From the IMG/VR virus record IMGVR_UViG_2852300590_000011: a stretch of DNA of 64,000 nt. One strand, written 5' to 3'. The notes below the pieces were generated by a model. The model was not told where the DNA came from, did not search any database, and was given only the letters and a program-made list of their open reading frames with translations. Both the position numbers and the translations under genes were made by a program. Shown here in pieces: positions 19,152 through 29,523 of the stretch. The DNA comes from an uncultured virus (IMG/VR IMGVR_UViG_2852300590_000011). Its lineage: Duplodnaviria; Heunggongvirae; Uroviricota; Caudoviricetes. How positions within the stretch are numbered: the stretch's first letter is position 1; each line of letters starts with the position of its first letter.

Positions 19152-19820
19152 ATGCCTGATATTAGAAAAACACTGAATTTTGATGAAGCGGAAATCAAAT
19201 TTACGGGAGATGGCACACAAGGCGTTTTCGAAGGTTATGCCTCCGTATTTAGTCATCAAGATCTTGATGGTGACATTATTTTACCCGGTGCATTTAAGCA
19301 TGTTTTAGATAAGCAAAAACAAAAAGTCGCTATGTTTTATAACCATCGAGTCTGGGAGCTTCCTGTGGGGAAGTGGGAGTACATGGAGGAAGATCAAAAA
19401 GGGTTACGTGTAAGAGGACAACTGACGCCCGGTCATAGTGCGGCTCAAGATCTAAAAGCGGCAATGAAGCATGGCACGGTTGACGGGCTTTCTATCGGAT
19501 TCGGTTGTCTGCGTAATGATTTTGAGCGAACACCTTCAGGTCGTATTTTTAAAAACATCTCCCTGTTACGTGAAATCAGTATTTGTACATTTCCCGCTAA
19601 TGACCAAGCACAGGTTTCATCACTCAAGAGCATCGATGGGTTATTAACGATCCGAGATATTGAGGATTGGCTGAGAGAGTCAGCCGGTTTATCAAAATCA
19701 GAAGCAGTCGGTTTTATTTCCCGCTTCAAATCCGCTATTCGGAGTGAGTCCGATGACGCTCAACAATCCCTAGTCGCATCCATTGTTAACCAAATTAATG
19801 CATTTAATCTGAAAGGATAG
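19152..19820 (+). CDS. HK97-family prohead protease
   Basis: FEGYASVF...DGD.I.PGAF, GLSIGF, LREIS..TFPAN. Confidence 0.93.
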   Translation: MPDIRKTLNFDEAEIKFTGDGTQGVFEGYASVFSHQDLDGDIILPGAFKHVLDKQKQKVAMFYNHRVWELPVGKWEYMEEDQKGLRVRGQLTPGHSAAQDLKAAMKHGTVDGLSIGFGCLRNDFERTPSGRIFKNISLLREISICTFPANDQAQVSSLKSIDGLLTIRDIEDWLRESAGLSKSEAVGFISRFKSAIRSESDDAQQSLVASIVNQINAFNLKG

Positions 19821-19823
19821 AAT

Positions 19824-20990
19824 ATGTCTGACTTAGCTATTATCCAAGAAGCCATCGAAGGATCACAAAAAAAGGTGCAAGAGCTCTTCGATGCACAGAA
19901 GAAAGAAATTGAAGCTACTGGCGTAGTTTCAAAGCAATTACAAACAGATTTAGCCTTAGTCCAAGAGGAATTAAAAAAAGCCGGTGAACGTCTGTTTGAT
20001 TTAGAGCAGAAAGGGGCAACGAGTGCTGATGATCCTAATGCGAAAAAAGATTTTTCTGAGCGAGCAGCAGAAGTGCTGACAAAATCATGGAATGGGAGTC
20101 AGGCTTCTTATGAAGTGAAAACTTTTAATAAATCATTAGGCAGTGATGCGAGTTCAGCCGGTGTTCTCATTCAGCCGATGCAAGTACCGGGTATTATTAT
20201 GCCGGGGATGCGTCGTTTAGTTATCCGCGATTTATTAGCACAAGGCCGAATTTCCAGTAACTCACTGGAATATGTACGCGAAAAATTGTTTACCAATAGC
20301 GCGGCACCCGTGAAAGAAAAGGCACAAAAACCAGAATCTAATCTGACATTTGAAAAACAAACGGCAAATGTGATCACTATTGCTCATTGGATCCAAGCGT
20401 CTCGCCAAGTGATGGATGATGCTGTGCAGTTACAGTCTTACGTTAATAACCGCTTATTGTATGGCTTAGCATTAGTGGAAGAGGAGCAATTACTCAATGG
20501 TGACGGTACTGCGGATAATTTGACGGGAATTAACCATGTTGCCACTGCCTATGATACCACATTGAGTGCTACGGGCGACACGCATGCTGACCTGATTGCT
20601 CATGCCATTTATCAGGTGACAGAATCTGAATTTAGCGCCTCTGGTATTATTTTAAATCCTCGTGATTGGCATGCCATTGCGTTAATGAAAGACAAAGAAG
20701 GGCGTTATATTTTTGGTGGCCCACAAGCGTTTACTTCAAATGTAATGTGGGGATTACCTGTTGTTCCAACAAAAGCACAAAAACAAGGTGAGTTTACTGT
20801 TGGTGCATTTGATTTGGCGTCTCAAGTATGGGATCGAATGAATGCAGTTATCGAAGTGAGTCGAGAAGATCGTGATAACTTTGTGAAAAATATGCTGACC
20901 ATTTTGTGTGAAGAACGTTTAGCATTAGCCCATTATCGCCCTCAAGCCTTAATTAAAGGAACTTTCCCAACGTCTGGAAGAAGTGCTTAA
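19824..20990 (+). CDS. HK97-family major capsid protein
   Basis: Coiled-coil delta domain; TIAHW..ASRQVMDDA..LQSY; F.KNM.TIL.EERLAL. Confidence 0.95.
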   Translation: MSDLAIIQEAIEGSQKKVQELFDAQKKEIEATGVVSKQLQTDLALVQEELKKAGERLFDLEQKGATSADDPNAKKDFSERAAEVLTKSWNGSQASYEVKTFNKSLGSDASSAGVLIQPMQVPGIIMPGMRRLVIRDLLAQGRISSNSLEYVREKLFTNSAAPVKEKAQKPESNLTFEKQTANVITIAHWIQASRQVMDDAVQLQSYVNNRLLYGLALVEEEQLLNGDGTADNLTGINHVATAYDTTLSATGDTHADLIAHAIYQVTESEFSASGIILNPRDWHAIALMKDKEGRYIFGGPQAFTSNVMWGLPVVPTKAQKQGEFTVGAFDLASQVWDRMNAVIEVSREDRDNFVKNMLTILCEERLALAHYRPQALIKGTFPTSGRSA

Positions 20991-21028
20991 GTAATAGGTC
21001 GGGGTAGGTAACTATCCCGTATTACATC

Positions 21029-21328
21029 ATGAATATCTTAGATGTCATTCCTCTTTCTTTATTAAAACAGCATCTCGAATACAGCGGTGATGATCGTGAT
21101 GAGCAGATTATATTTTATGCACAAAGCGCATTAAATTATTGTTTGAGATGGTGTGATGAACCGGCTTGGAAATCACCTGATGATATCCCTTATGAAGTGA
21201 AATCTGCCATGCTTTTGGTGCTGGGGGATATGTTTGAACATCGAACCAGCCAAAGTGAAATTCTGTTATATGAAAATAAAGCAGTAGAACGATTGTTACT
21301 GCTTTGTCGAAATTGGCGAGGTAGTTAA
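21029..21328 (+). CDS. Head-tail connector (HK97 gp6-like)
   Basis: LKQHL...DD.D..I; A.LL..G..FEHR. Confidence 0.85.
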   Translation: MNILDVIPLSLLKQHLEYSGDDRDEQIIFYAQSALNYCLRWCDEPAWKSPDDIPYEVKSAMLLVLGDMFEHRTSQSEILLYENKAVERLLLLCRNWRGS

Positions 21329-21657
21329 TGGATCCGGGACGATTACGCCATTCTATTAATATTCAAAAACCAGTATTAGCGCCTGATGCCATCAGTGGCA
21401 ATGATGTGATTTGGACGGATCATGCGACAAAAGTACGTGCAGCGATCATGCCTTATCAAGGGCGGGAATATTTTCAAGCCCAGCAAGTACAAAGTGAGGC
21501 CACAACACGAATTCTTATTCGCTATATCGCTGATATTGATACTTCGATGCGTATTGTATGGGGTAAGCGAATATTTAATATTATTTCGATTATTGACCCT
21601 TATGAGCGTCATCGTGAGCTTCAATTAATGTGCAAAGAGGGCGTGAATGATGGGTGA
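21328..21657 (+). CDS. Head closure/adaptor protein
   Basis: MDPGRLRH.I.IQ...GREY..AQ. Confidence 0.85.
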   Translation: MDPGRLRHSINIQKPVLAPDAISGNDVIWTDHATKVRAAIMPYQGREYFQAQQVQSEATTRILIRYIADIDTSMRIVWGKRIFNIISIIDPYERHRELQLMCKEGVNDG

Positions 21658-22120
21658 GATTAAAATCAGTGGATTGTCTGAACTCGCTCAACGAATGCAA
21701 GACATTGCCCGTAAAACCAGAAATCAAAGCGCGCGTAAGGCGATGAATGCAGGTGCTTCGGCGTTAAAAGAAGAAATCAAACATCGAGTGCCTATCCTTA
21801 AGGAAACGGTGCCTCATCGACGCAAAGGCACTATCAAGCGCAATATTCGTTCTAAAACGAAAGTACAACGCAATGGGCAAGTCAAAACGCGCATTTGGGT
21901 GAAATCATTATCGGGTAAAAAGGTGTCTGCCTTTAAACAAGCAACGGGGAAAAGTGCAGCATTGAACCCAAATGATCCGTTTTATTGGTGGTTTGTTGAG
22001 TTTGGTACTGCCAAGATGCCCGCACAACCGTTTATGCGCCCCAGCTTTGAGGCGAAAAAGGAAGCGACGGCTAAAGTGATTGTTCAAACACTTAAAGAGG
22101 ATATTGAAAAAGCAAGGTAG
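21647..22120 (+). CDS. HK97 gp10-family tail component
   Basis: FYWWFVEFGT.KMPAQPF.RP. Confidence 0.88.
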   Translation: MMGEIKISGLSELAQRMQDIARKTRNQSARKAMNAGASALKEEIKHRVPILKETVPHRRKGTIKRNIRSKTKVQRNGQVKTRIWVKSLSGKKVSAFKQATGKSAALNPNDPFYWWFVEFGTAKMPAQPFMRPSFEAKKEATAKVIVQTLKEDIEKAR

Positions 22121-22125
22121 AGATC

Positions 22126-22467
22126 ATGATACAGCAATTAAAAGAGACCCTTTCACCGCTGGTTGATGGAAGGGTTTTTTTTCAGGTATTACCTGAAGGC
22201 AAAGGGCATTATCCCGCCATTGTGATCCAGTTTGCCAGCATCACGCCTAACAGTGCGCTGGAGGATACGGATTTAGACAACTATCGTGTGCAACTTGATG
22301 TGTATGCGCCACAGCCACAACCCCTTATGGTCTTGCGTAAAAAAATTGAGGCTCAGATTGTTGAAGCGATCCCATTCGCACAACGGGTGAATGCGGTCTT
22401 TGGGTATGAAGCGGATGTCAAATTGCATCGGCTTGTTCTTGAATTAATGATTTCATCAGATAAATAA
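22126..22467 (+). CDS. Tail terminator (DUF3168-like)
   Basis: RVQLDVYA motif and position. Confidence 0.7.
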   Translation: MIQQLKETLSPLVDGRVFFQVLPEGKGHYPAIVIQFASITPNSALEDTDLDNYRVQLDVYAPQPQPLMVLRKKIEAQIVEAIPFAQRVNAVFGYEADVKLHRLVLELMISSDK

Positions 22468-22470
22468 GGA

Positions 22471-23142
22471 ATGGATATGACAAAGCCAAAGAACCATAAA
22501 GCGACGCCTTTCCTCGGCACGAAGATCTTTGTGCAAACAGGCTTAGGAGAGGCGATGACCGTGACCGAAGCGACGTTATCACCCGCAACCATTACTATCG
22601 CCAATAATAAGCTGAAAGCCGATGACATGATTATGTTATCGGGACTCGGGGAGTTAGATGGACGTTTTCCTGTTGCACAGGTTGATGGCAACAAAGTGAC
22701 CCTGTGCGACGAAGTGGATTGGAGTGATAAAACGCTACCCACTGATTTTTCAAGTGCTAAGGCACAACGTATTCAATGGTCTAATAACTTTTGTGCGGTA
22801 AAAAGTTTCAGCAAAGACGGTTCGACAACCGAACAAATCGATGTCACCACCATTTGCAGTGATGGCAAGGAATATGAATCCGGCGATACGGAATACGGCT
22901 CAATTAAATTGACCTTTTTCTTACGTTATAGCTCCAGTGAGGTGCAGCGACTCTTGCGTAAATATGAAAACAGCAAAGAAAAATTTGCGGTGAAAATGGT
23001 CTTAACACGAGATGAGGGCTCCATGTTTTATTACGGCTCCGTCGAAACGGGCATGAATATTGATGGCAGTGTAGGACAAATGATGGATTCGGGGATCTCG
23101 ATTAAATTGTCTGGCCGTGATTATTTGAATGCGAAGAAATAA
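22471..23142 (+). CDS. Major tail tube protein
   Basis: IDVTTICS..KEY..G; position before the chaperones. Confidence 0.75.
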   Translation: MDMTKPKNHKATPFLGTKIFVQTGLGEAMTVTEATLSPATITIANNKLKADDMIMLSGLGELDGRFPVAQVDGNKVTLCDEVDWSDKTLPTDFSSAKAQRIQWSNNFCAVKSFSKDGSTTEQIDVTTICSDGKEYESGDTEYGSIKLTFFLRYSSSEVQRLLRKYENSKEKFAVKMVLTRDEGSMFYYGSVETGMNIDGSVGQMMDSGISIKLSGRDYLNAKK

Positions 23143-23200
23143 CCCCTAATTCACCTCTTTCATTATTTCTCTTCTCCCTTCTCGATAAAAAATCTTAGGA

Positions 23201-23623
23201 GTGATTATGTCTAACGCTTTATTGCGTGAATTAGTGTTAAACCAAGCACTGAAAGTGACGCCTTTTACCTATTTAGACAACACCTTTTATGTCAAAGAGT
23301 TGGATGTTGGCACCATGAATTACATTCAGCGCAAACTTCGTCAAATTAAAATCAAGCTCGCCGAAGAGCAGGACATTTATTTAGACGAAGACGATCCCGA
23401 ACAATTTAATGAAGCGATAAATCGTGTCTACGATGAATATGATGTCGCCAGAATGTTGGCCTTTAAGTTGTGTGATGAAAAAGGGGAACTGCTTTTTGAT
23501 GCTGAAAATGAAGAAGACTTAAAAGGTCTTAATCGTCTAGGGCAAGGGTTCTCTAATGCGGTGTTTACGGCCGAAGCGGGGAATAGCGAAAAAAACTTGG
23601 AGAACGGCGACAATTTCAATTGA
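23201..23623 (+). CDS. Tail assembly chaperone (G-like)
   Basis: Position; LCDEKGELLF; slippery site near the 3' end. Confidence 0.75.
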   Translation: MIMSNALLRELVLNQALKVTPFTYLDNTFYVKELDVGTMNYIQRKLRQIKIKLAEEQDIYLDEDDPEQFNEAINRVYDEYDVARMLAFKLCDEKGELLFDAENEEDLKGLNRLGQGFSNAVFTAEAGNSEKNLENGDNFN

Positions 23624-23898
23624 TATTGTCGCTGGCATTGGGAAAAACCCTCGCGGAAATCGAGCAAATGCCCGAAAGCCACTTGTGTGAATATGAAGCT
23701 TTTTATCGCAAACAACCCTTTGGTTTATGGCGAGAGGATTATCGGATGGCACAAGTGGCGCATCTTCTTGCGATGATAAATCGTGATCCGAAAACGTCTC
23801 CGCCTGAATTGATGGATTTTATGCCGATGTGGAAGAAGAAAATCACGGAAGAAGAGGTGTGGGATAACGTCACTGAGAGTGTATTAGCTAATCGATAG
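23590..23898 (+). CDS. Tail chaperone extension (T-like), reached by -1 frameshift
   Basis: A-AAA-AAC heptamer at 23590-23596; the -1 frame is open into LSLALGKTLAEI...PFG. Confidence 0.75.
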   Translation, partial: KKLGERRQFQLILSLALGKTLAEIEQMPESHLCEYEAFYRKQPFGLWREDYRMAQVAHLLAMINRDPKTSPPELMDFMPMWKKKITEEEVWDNVTESVLANR

Positions 23899-23922
23899 CC
23901 CCACATCCGTGGGGCTTAATCG

Positions 23923-24114
23923 TTAACCACCGCGAGACATTTTCTCAATTTTTTTATCCGTATTGTATTGAGAAAGGGCATAAACCGACCAGATAGCCGC
24001 TGGGATCCACCCAATTAAGGTGATTTGTAGGATAAGGCAGAAGATGCCAGCAAATGGGCGACCAATCGTGAAAAATTGTAACCAAGGTAGTAATAACGCC
24101 AGAATAAGTCTCAT
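23923..24114 (-). CDS. YqaE/Pmp3-family small membrane protein (moron)
   Basis: ILALLLPW...LTLIGWIPAAIWSVY-like signature; convergent hairpin at 23897-23917. Confidence 0.85.
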   Translation of the reverse strand: MRLILALLLPWLQFFTIGRPFAGIFCLILQITLIGWIPAAIWSVYALSQYNTDKKIEKMSRGG

Positions 24115-24240
24115 AAAACCCCCTCTATTATTCGAAATTTCAGTTTATCAATAATTAAATCAATAGCAAATAACAAGGAATATTGCATTTATTCAGGGTG
24201 AAAGTTTGCTTTTGTAGTGTTCATACCAAGGATTGAATTT

Positions 24241-27200
24241 ATGGCGGGAGCATTAGGTAGATTAAATATTGATTTGACGCTGAATACGGCAAATTTCACA
24301 AATGCGATCAACCGTAGCCAGCGCCAAACAGAACAATTCGGGCAAAGTATTTGCGTCAGTCTTCAAGCTATCACCGTACAACAAGAGCGAATGGTATCGC
24401 AAACCGCAAAATCCTCGGCGCTCTTTACTCGTTTTGCGAGCGTCGCAGCAAGTGCATTATCTGTACGGCAAGTGATTAATTATGCTGATAGTTGGACGGA
24501 ATTACAGAATCGACTGAAATTAGTCACAGATAGCACTCAATCGCTAAACAGAGCGACCAATGATGTTTATACCATTGCCCAAAAAACCTATCAATCATTG
24601 GATGCCACAGCACAAGTTTATCAACGTTTTGCGGATAATGCCGACCGTTTAGGCTTAAGTCAGCAAAAAGTGGCCGAACTCACGGAAACTGTCTCAAAAG
24701 CCGTGGCGATTTCAGGCGCGAGTGCCACCGCAGCCCAAGCGGCATTAACTCAATTTGGTCAAGCATTAGCCTCGGGTCAGTTACGTGGCGAAGAGCTAAA
24801 TTCAGTGATGGAGCAAACGCCTGCGTTAGCGAAAGCCATCGCTGACGGAATGAATGTTAGTGTGGGTGAACTAAGGAAGAAAGCCCAAGACGGTGAAATG
24901 ACGATTGAAAAAGTCATTCAAGCCTTAGAACGTGCAGCCGACAGTGTGGATAAAAAATTTGCTACCAGCGTGACAACGGTTAGCCAAGGTTTTACTAATC
25001 TTCAATCGGCGATGACAAAATTTATCGGTGAAGCGAATCAAGGTACAGGTGCGACTCAGCTTTTTACCACAGGGATGACCACTCTTGCCGATAATCTATC
25101 GTTAGTCGCTAAAGTAGTCGAAGGGATCGCCGTCACGGCATTGGTAGCAAAACTCTCTCAATGGACGAAAGCCACTTATCTGAAAAATCAGACAACGTTG
25201 AATGAAGCCAAAGCCACATTACAGAGTGCAGAGGCAAACAGTGTGGCAGCAACCAGTGCCGTGAGGAAGGCATGGGCGGATAAAGAAGCCACCACATCGG
25301 CGCTCAATAGAGCCAAAATGGAATATCAAGTTGCTAGAGGCACTAACGCGGAAAAAATAGCACTTGATAACCTTATCGCCACAAAGTCACTCGCAAGAAC
25401 AGCCTCTCTAAATTATACACAGGCATTAACCGCCGAAAACGTTGCTCAACGTGCATTAACGACCGCTCGGCGTCAATCAACGGTGGCGGGGCGAGCACTT
25501 AACAGTGTTATGGGATTCGCGGGTGGCCCTATTGGATTAGTGTTGACGGGTGTTGCAGCATTGGGCATGGGATTGTATGAATACAGCGAAAATGTCAAAC
25601 AAGCCAAACTCGAATCGATTGAATTTGCCAATTCCCTTGATACATCAACAGAAGCGTTAAACAAAATGAGCAATGCCACATTAGTGGCGAATTTAAGTAA
25701 AGTTTCATCGGGCATTAACGCGCAATTGGAGAAAGTCGAGGAGCTTAAACAACAGGTCATTTCCTTACAAGGTCTATCAAAATACAGCGTTGAGAGTGAA
25801 AAGGCGTTTGCTGAACAAGGTGTGGGGGATTTATACCTTAAACGAGTGGCTGAAAAGCAAAAAGAGCTTGATGCTGCGATGGGGACATATGCAGAGCAAG
25901 TTAATAACTTAGAGCGTCAGCGAGCCAATATGCAAAATATGTTGGCGACACTCAAAGAAAAAGTGGGCGATCAAGCTCCGGAATATAAACGCTATGCCAC
26001 TGAGTTACAAAATGTTGATGCCGTTATCAATTCACTTAAGGCGAGTTTAAAGAGTTTAGGCATTGAATATGAATCACTCATTGATATCACGCTTCAGGCG
26101 ACAAATAGCCAAGTGAATGTCGCCACGGCGATTGCTAAACAGATTGATGAATCGATTGAAAAATCGCAACGTTCAGTGGCAAAAGCGCAAGCCACAGGGA
26201 AGGCATTAGCGAAATTAAATGCAGAAGATGTATTGGCTTCACGCAAAATTACGCCAGATATGCAAGGCTACGATAAGGCCTTACAAGCTGAAATTGAGGC
26301 ACAACTGGCACTGCAAGCCAAACGGACGTATAAGCCCAGCCACAAATCAACCATTGATTATGCCAAGCAATACACCAAAATCTTAACGGAATTAGAGGAA
26401 AAACAAGCCTCACTGATTGCAGATGGGCAAAGTATTCAGCGGTATGGCACTACCTCTTCCTTTAATGAATACACATCCGCCTTAGCCGATATCAAACAGA
26501 ATAAAGATAAGTTTGATGCCATCTTAAAAATCGATCCCAACGCCATTGAGACGATCAAAGAAAAAGCGAAAGCCATTGATGACTTAGCGCGTGCCAATTC
26601 GGTCGCGCAATTTGCTTATGATCGCGGTAAAGAAATTGAGCAGATGCAATTTGAAACCACCCTGATAGGAAAATCACGCGCAGAGCAAGAAAAGCTTAAT
26701 GCCCTTCGTCAGATTGATGTGCTGTATCAGCAAGCCAGTGTGGATTTAGGTGAGAAAGAGCTGGCGAACTTACAACGTAATGTTGAACTCACTAAACAGC
26801 AGATTGAGGAAGAACTGAGGAAGCGAGAGGCCATGAAAGGTGATCCGATGGTGGGATTAAAACAAGGCTTATCGGATTTCAGTGAGTCAGCCATGGATGT
26901 GATGGAGAACGTCAGAAACGTCACTACCAATGCGCTTAATAATATGTCTGATGCGTTAGCCGATTTTGCTTTAACGGGGAAAGGAAGCTTTAAAGATTTT
27001 GCCAATGCGGTGATCTCCGATATCACTCGAATGGTGATGAAAATGCTGGTTTTCAAAGCCATTGAAGCAGGCGGGCAGGCAATGGGCTTTGATATGGGAT
27101 GGATGAGCAAAGGGCATGCTTATGGTGGCTATACGGGGCATGGCGGGAAATTCGAACCTAAAGGGATTGTACATGGTGGCGAGTTTGTTTTTACCAAAGA

Positions 27201-27516
27201 AGCGACGGCTAAATTGGGTGTCGGCAATCTCTATCGCTTAATGCATGCGGCGCAAGGTTATGCTTCGGGGGGCTTTGTGGGGTCGGTCGCAGGGCGAATA
27301 CCGATTACACCGCAACCGACGTTAGCCCGTGCAGGCGGGGTGCAAATGACGGTCGTTAATCATATTACGGTGACAGGAAATGGTGACGCTGTACTTGCTC
27401 AAGCAATGAAAGAAGCCGCACAACAAGGGACAGAAGCAGGCGCACAGAAAGCTCACGCGATGATGTTACAAGACTTTCAAAGTAATGGCGCAGCACGCAG
27501 AACATTAGGAGTTTAA
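24241..27516 (+). CDS. Tail tape measure protein
   Basis: Long helical protein; QFGQALASG.LRGEELNSV; C-terminal GGYTG.GGK.EP.G.VHGGEFV. Confidence 0.93.
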   Translation: MAGALGRLNIDLTLNTANFTNAINRSQRQTEQFGQSICVSLQAITVQQERMVSQTAKSSALFTRFASVAASALSVRQVINYADSWTELQNRLKLVTDSTQSLNRATNDVYTIAQKTYQSLDATAQVYQRFADNADRLGLSQQKVAELTETVSKAVAISGASATAAQAALTQFGQALASGQLRGEELNSVMEQTPALAKAIADGMNVSVGELRKKAQDGEMTIEKVIQALERAADSVDKKFATSVTTVSQGFTNLQSAMTKFIGEANQGTGATQLFTTGMTTLADNLSLVAKVVEGIAVTALVAKLSQWTKATYLKNQTTLNEAKATLQSAEANSVAATSAVRKAWADKEATTSALNRAKMEYQVARGTNAEKIALDNLIATKSLARTASLNYTQALTAENVAQRALTTARRQSTVAGRALNSVMGFAGGPIGLVLTGVAALGMGLYEYSENVKQAKLESIEFANSLDTSTEALNKMSNATLVANLSKVSSGINAQLEKVEELKQQVISLQGLSKYSVESEKAFAEQGVGDLYLKRVAEKQKELDAAMGTYAEQVNNLERQRANMQNMLATLKEKVGDQAPEYKRYATELQNVDAVINSLKASLKSLGIEYESLIDITLQATNSQVNVATAIAKQIDESIEKSQRSVAKAQATGKALAKLNAEDVLASRKITPDMQGYDKALQAEIEAQLALQAKRTYKPSHKSTIDYAKQYTKILTELEEKQASLIADGQSIQRYGTTSSFNEYTSALADIKQNKDKFDAILKIDPNAIETIKEKAKAIDDLARANSVAQFAYDRGKEIEQMQFETTLIGKSRAEQEKLNALRQIDVLYQQASVDLGEKELANLQRNVELTKQQIEEELRKREAMKGDPMVGLKQGLSDFSESAMDVMENVRNVTTNALNNMSDALADFALTGKGSFKDFANAVISDITRMVMKMLVFKAIEAGGQAMGFDMGWMSKGHAYGGYTGHGGKFEPKGIVHGGEFVFTKEATAKLGVGNLYRLMHAAQGYASGGFVGSVAGRIPITPQPTLARAGGVQMTVVNHITVTGNGDAVLAQAMKEAAQQGTEAGAQKAHAMMLQDFQSNGAARRTLGV

Positions 27517-28113
27517 ATGTCTATTCTTGAATGGCCAAAAGAGGTGATCCCCACACAGGAAAACTGGCAATTATTGAGTAACAGCAAAACCTTTACCTCG
27601 CCATTTAATGGAGGTAGCCAGACGGTACGCTTTCCTGGAAGTCGTTGGCGTTGTGAGCTGACATTCAATAATTTAAATGAAGAGAAATCGCGCCAGTTAG
27701 AAGCGCTGGTGGCCTCATTGGATGGGATGTCGGGACGGGTCAAAATATCAAGCTGGATAAGAAAAGGGCGTTATGGGTATGGTTCGCCTCGTATTGCAAT
27801 ACCGAGCCAATTGGGACATCGGCTAGAAACAAAGGACTGGAAGCGCAATATGCGCGTGTTACAGCAAGGGGATCGTTTAACTGTGGGTAATGAACTCAAA
27901 ATGGTGGTGGCAGATGTGGTCAGTGATAATCAAGGACGTGCCATTATTCTTATTTCGCCGATGTTAAGAACGTCACCTACCGTCAATGAAATGCTCGAGG
28001 TTGAGCGTCCTTTTGGAGTTTTTCGGCTCGTTGATAATGAACAGGGTAAATTTCAGCATCGTCGCTTGGGGTATACCAATATCACGTTATCTTTTGAGGA
28101 GGTGTTGTACTAA
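27517..28113 (+). CDS. Distal tail/minor tail protein
   Basis: Directly after the tape measure gene; F.SPF.G..QT...PG.RW. Confidence 0.7.
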   Translation: MSILEWPKEVIPTQENWQLLSNSKTFTSPFNGGSQTVRFPGSRWRCELTFNNLNEEKSRQLEALVASLDGMSGRVKISSWIRKGRYGYGSPRIAIPSQLGHRLETKDWKRNMRVLQQGDRLTVGNELKMVVADVVSDNQGRAIILISPMLRTSPTVNEMLEVERPFGVFRLVDNEQGKFQHRRLGYTNITLSFEEVLY

Positions 28114-28694
28114 TGCAATATCATCCATTTTCTGACGCCATGGTCAACGCGATTAATGAGGGGGCTTATATCGTCTTAGCCGCCAGACTCGATTTAAAAT
28201 CAGGCGTGACCTGTGCGCATACCGGTGTTGGGCAACTGATTATTGCGGGGGAAACCTATTTAGGTGTAGGAAGTTTAGGCGAAATCAGTCAGCTAAAAGA
28301 AAATAAGACAACCAGTCCACCACAATTACAGCTTAAATTGGCCGGTTTTGATAAATCGCTGGTGGGGATGGTGATGAATGAGCAAAGTCGAGGGCGAGAA
28401 GTGCGGTTGATGATGGCCGCCATCGGTGAAGAGGGTAAACCGTTGCTTGCTGAAATCTTATTTGTTGGACAAATCACATCTATCAATGTGGTGTCTGGCG
28501 AAGAAAATGCCGTATGTGTTAATGTTTCTAATCGATTCGAACGATGGTCAATCGGGTTACCCGATAGATTCACTGATGAATCTTGGTCGTCAAGAAGGCA
28601 AGGGGATCGCATCTTTCGTTATGTTGCTCAAATGGCTGAACGAGCGATTTATTGGGGCAGCAAGAAAGATGCACCTGCATTTATTTATAAGTAA
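28113..28694 (+). CDS. Minor tail protein (tail-tip hub region)
   Basis: Synteny; G.TYLGVGSLG and GD..F.YV.......YWG. Confidence 0.7.
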   Translation: MQYHPFSDAMVNAINEGAYIVLAARLDLKSGVTCAHTGVGQLIIAGETYLGVGSLGEISQLKENKTTSPPQLQLKLAGFDKSLVGMVMNEQSRGREVRLMMAAIGEEGKPLLAEILFVGQITSINVVSGEENAVCVNVSNRFERWSIGLPDRFTDESWSSRRQGDRIFRYVAQMAERAIYWGSKKDAPAFIYK

Positions 28695-28710
28695 TTGCGA
28701 AGGGGATAAC

Positions 28711-29046
28711 ATGGCTAAATCGTTATTCATAATCTGTTTTTCAATAATCTTATCGGGTTGCTCAGTGAAAAAAGAAATAGTACCTATCGGTGGTAGTAAA
28801 GCTGATGGTACGGTTCGTATGGGTTATACATATGGTGATAAATTCGGTGCTTTTGAAGTTCCTGTTGTTGATATAGAACGTGCAAACGAATTAGCAACAA
28901 AAAAATGTAAAACTTGGGGATATGAAGGCGCTGAAGCATTTGGTGGGAAAACTGAAAATTGTGGTATGAGTAATGGATTTGCATGTACAAGAATGAATGT
29001 TGCTATTGAATATCAATGCATCGGTGGTAAATCAGCACAATATTAG
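28711..29046 (+). CDS. YecR-family lipoprotein (moron)
   Basis: True start at 28711 (AGGGG RBS); lipobox LSGC; GGSKADG.V...Y; C..WGY..AEAFG; EYQC. Confidence 0.82.
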   Translation: MAKSLFIICFSIILSGCSVKKEIVPIGGSKADGTVRMGYTYGDKFGAFEVPVVDIERANELATKKCKTWGYEGAEAFGGKTENCGMSNGFACTRMNVAIEYQCIGGKSAQY

Positions 29047-29124
29047 GTAATACAATTAGTTAATGATTTTTGCTTAATATGAGAAGTAGATGATAGTTCA
29101 TATTATAAGCGGAAAGGATGATGA

Positions 29125-29523
29125 ATGAAACAACCTAACTGGACACTCCAGTTACCAGAAACCATAAGGGTGGCGATGAGCCGCCCTTTTTCATGGGGCA
29201 AATTTGATTGTTGTATTTTTGCCTCTGAATGTATTGACGCACAATGCGGTTTCTCGCCAATAAAGCCTTATCTCAATCACTATAAAACCAAAGCCGAAGC
29301 CTTCAATCTTATCAAATCTAAATTTGGCTCCTTAGAGAAAGCCGTTTCACGCTATTTCAAATCCATTGAGATTGAACGCGTTCAGCGTGGCGACCTCGTA
29401 TTGTTTAAAGGTGAGGACGGTGACAGCTTAGCGGTGGTTTGGGCGGGGCATTATTGGGGCGTAACCCCAGAAGGCGTGAAGCCAGTGCAGATTAACCCAA
29501 TAAAAGCGTGGAGAGTGGAATAA
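29125..29523 (+). CDS. NlpC/P60-like tail assembly protein
   Basis: PFSWG..DCC.F...C; QRGDLV. Confidence 0.75.
   Translation: MKQPNWTLQLPETIRVAMSRPFSWGKFDCCIFASECIDAQCGFSPIKPYLNHYKTKAEAFNLIKSKFGSLEKAVSRYFKSIEIERVQRGDLVLFKGEDGDSLAVVWAGHYWGVTPEGVKPVQINPIKAWRVE

Noticed and set aside
28426..28710. N-terminal extension of ORF 28426-29046
   Set aside because: Overlaps the upstream tail gene; RBS and signal peptide place the start at 28711.
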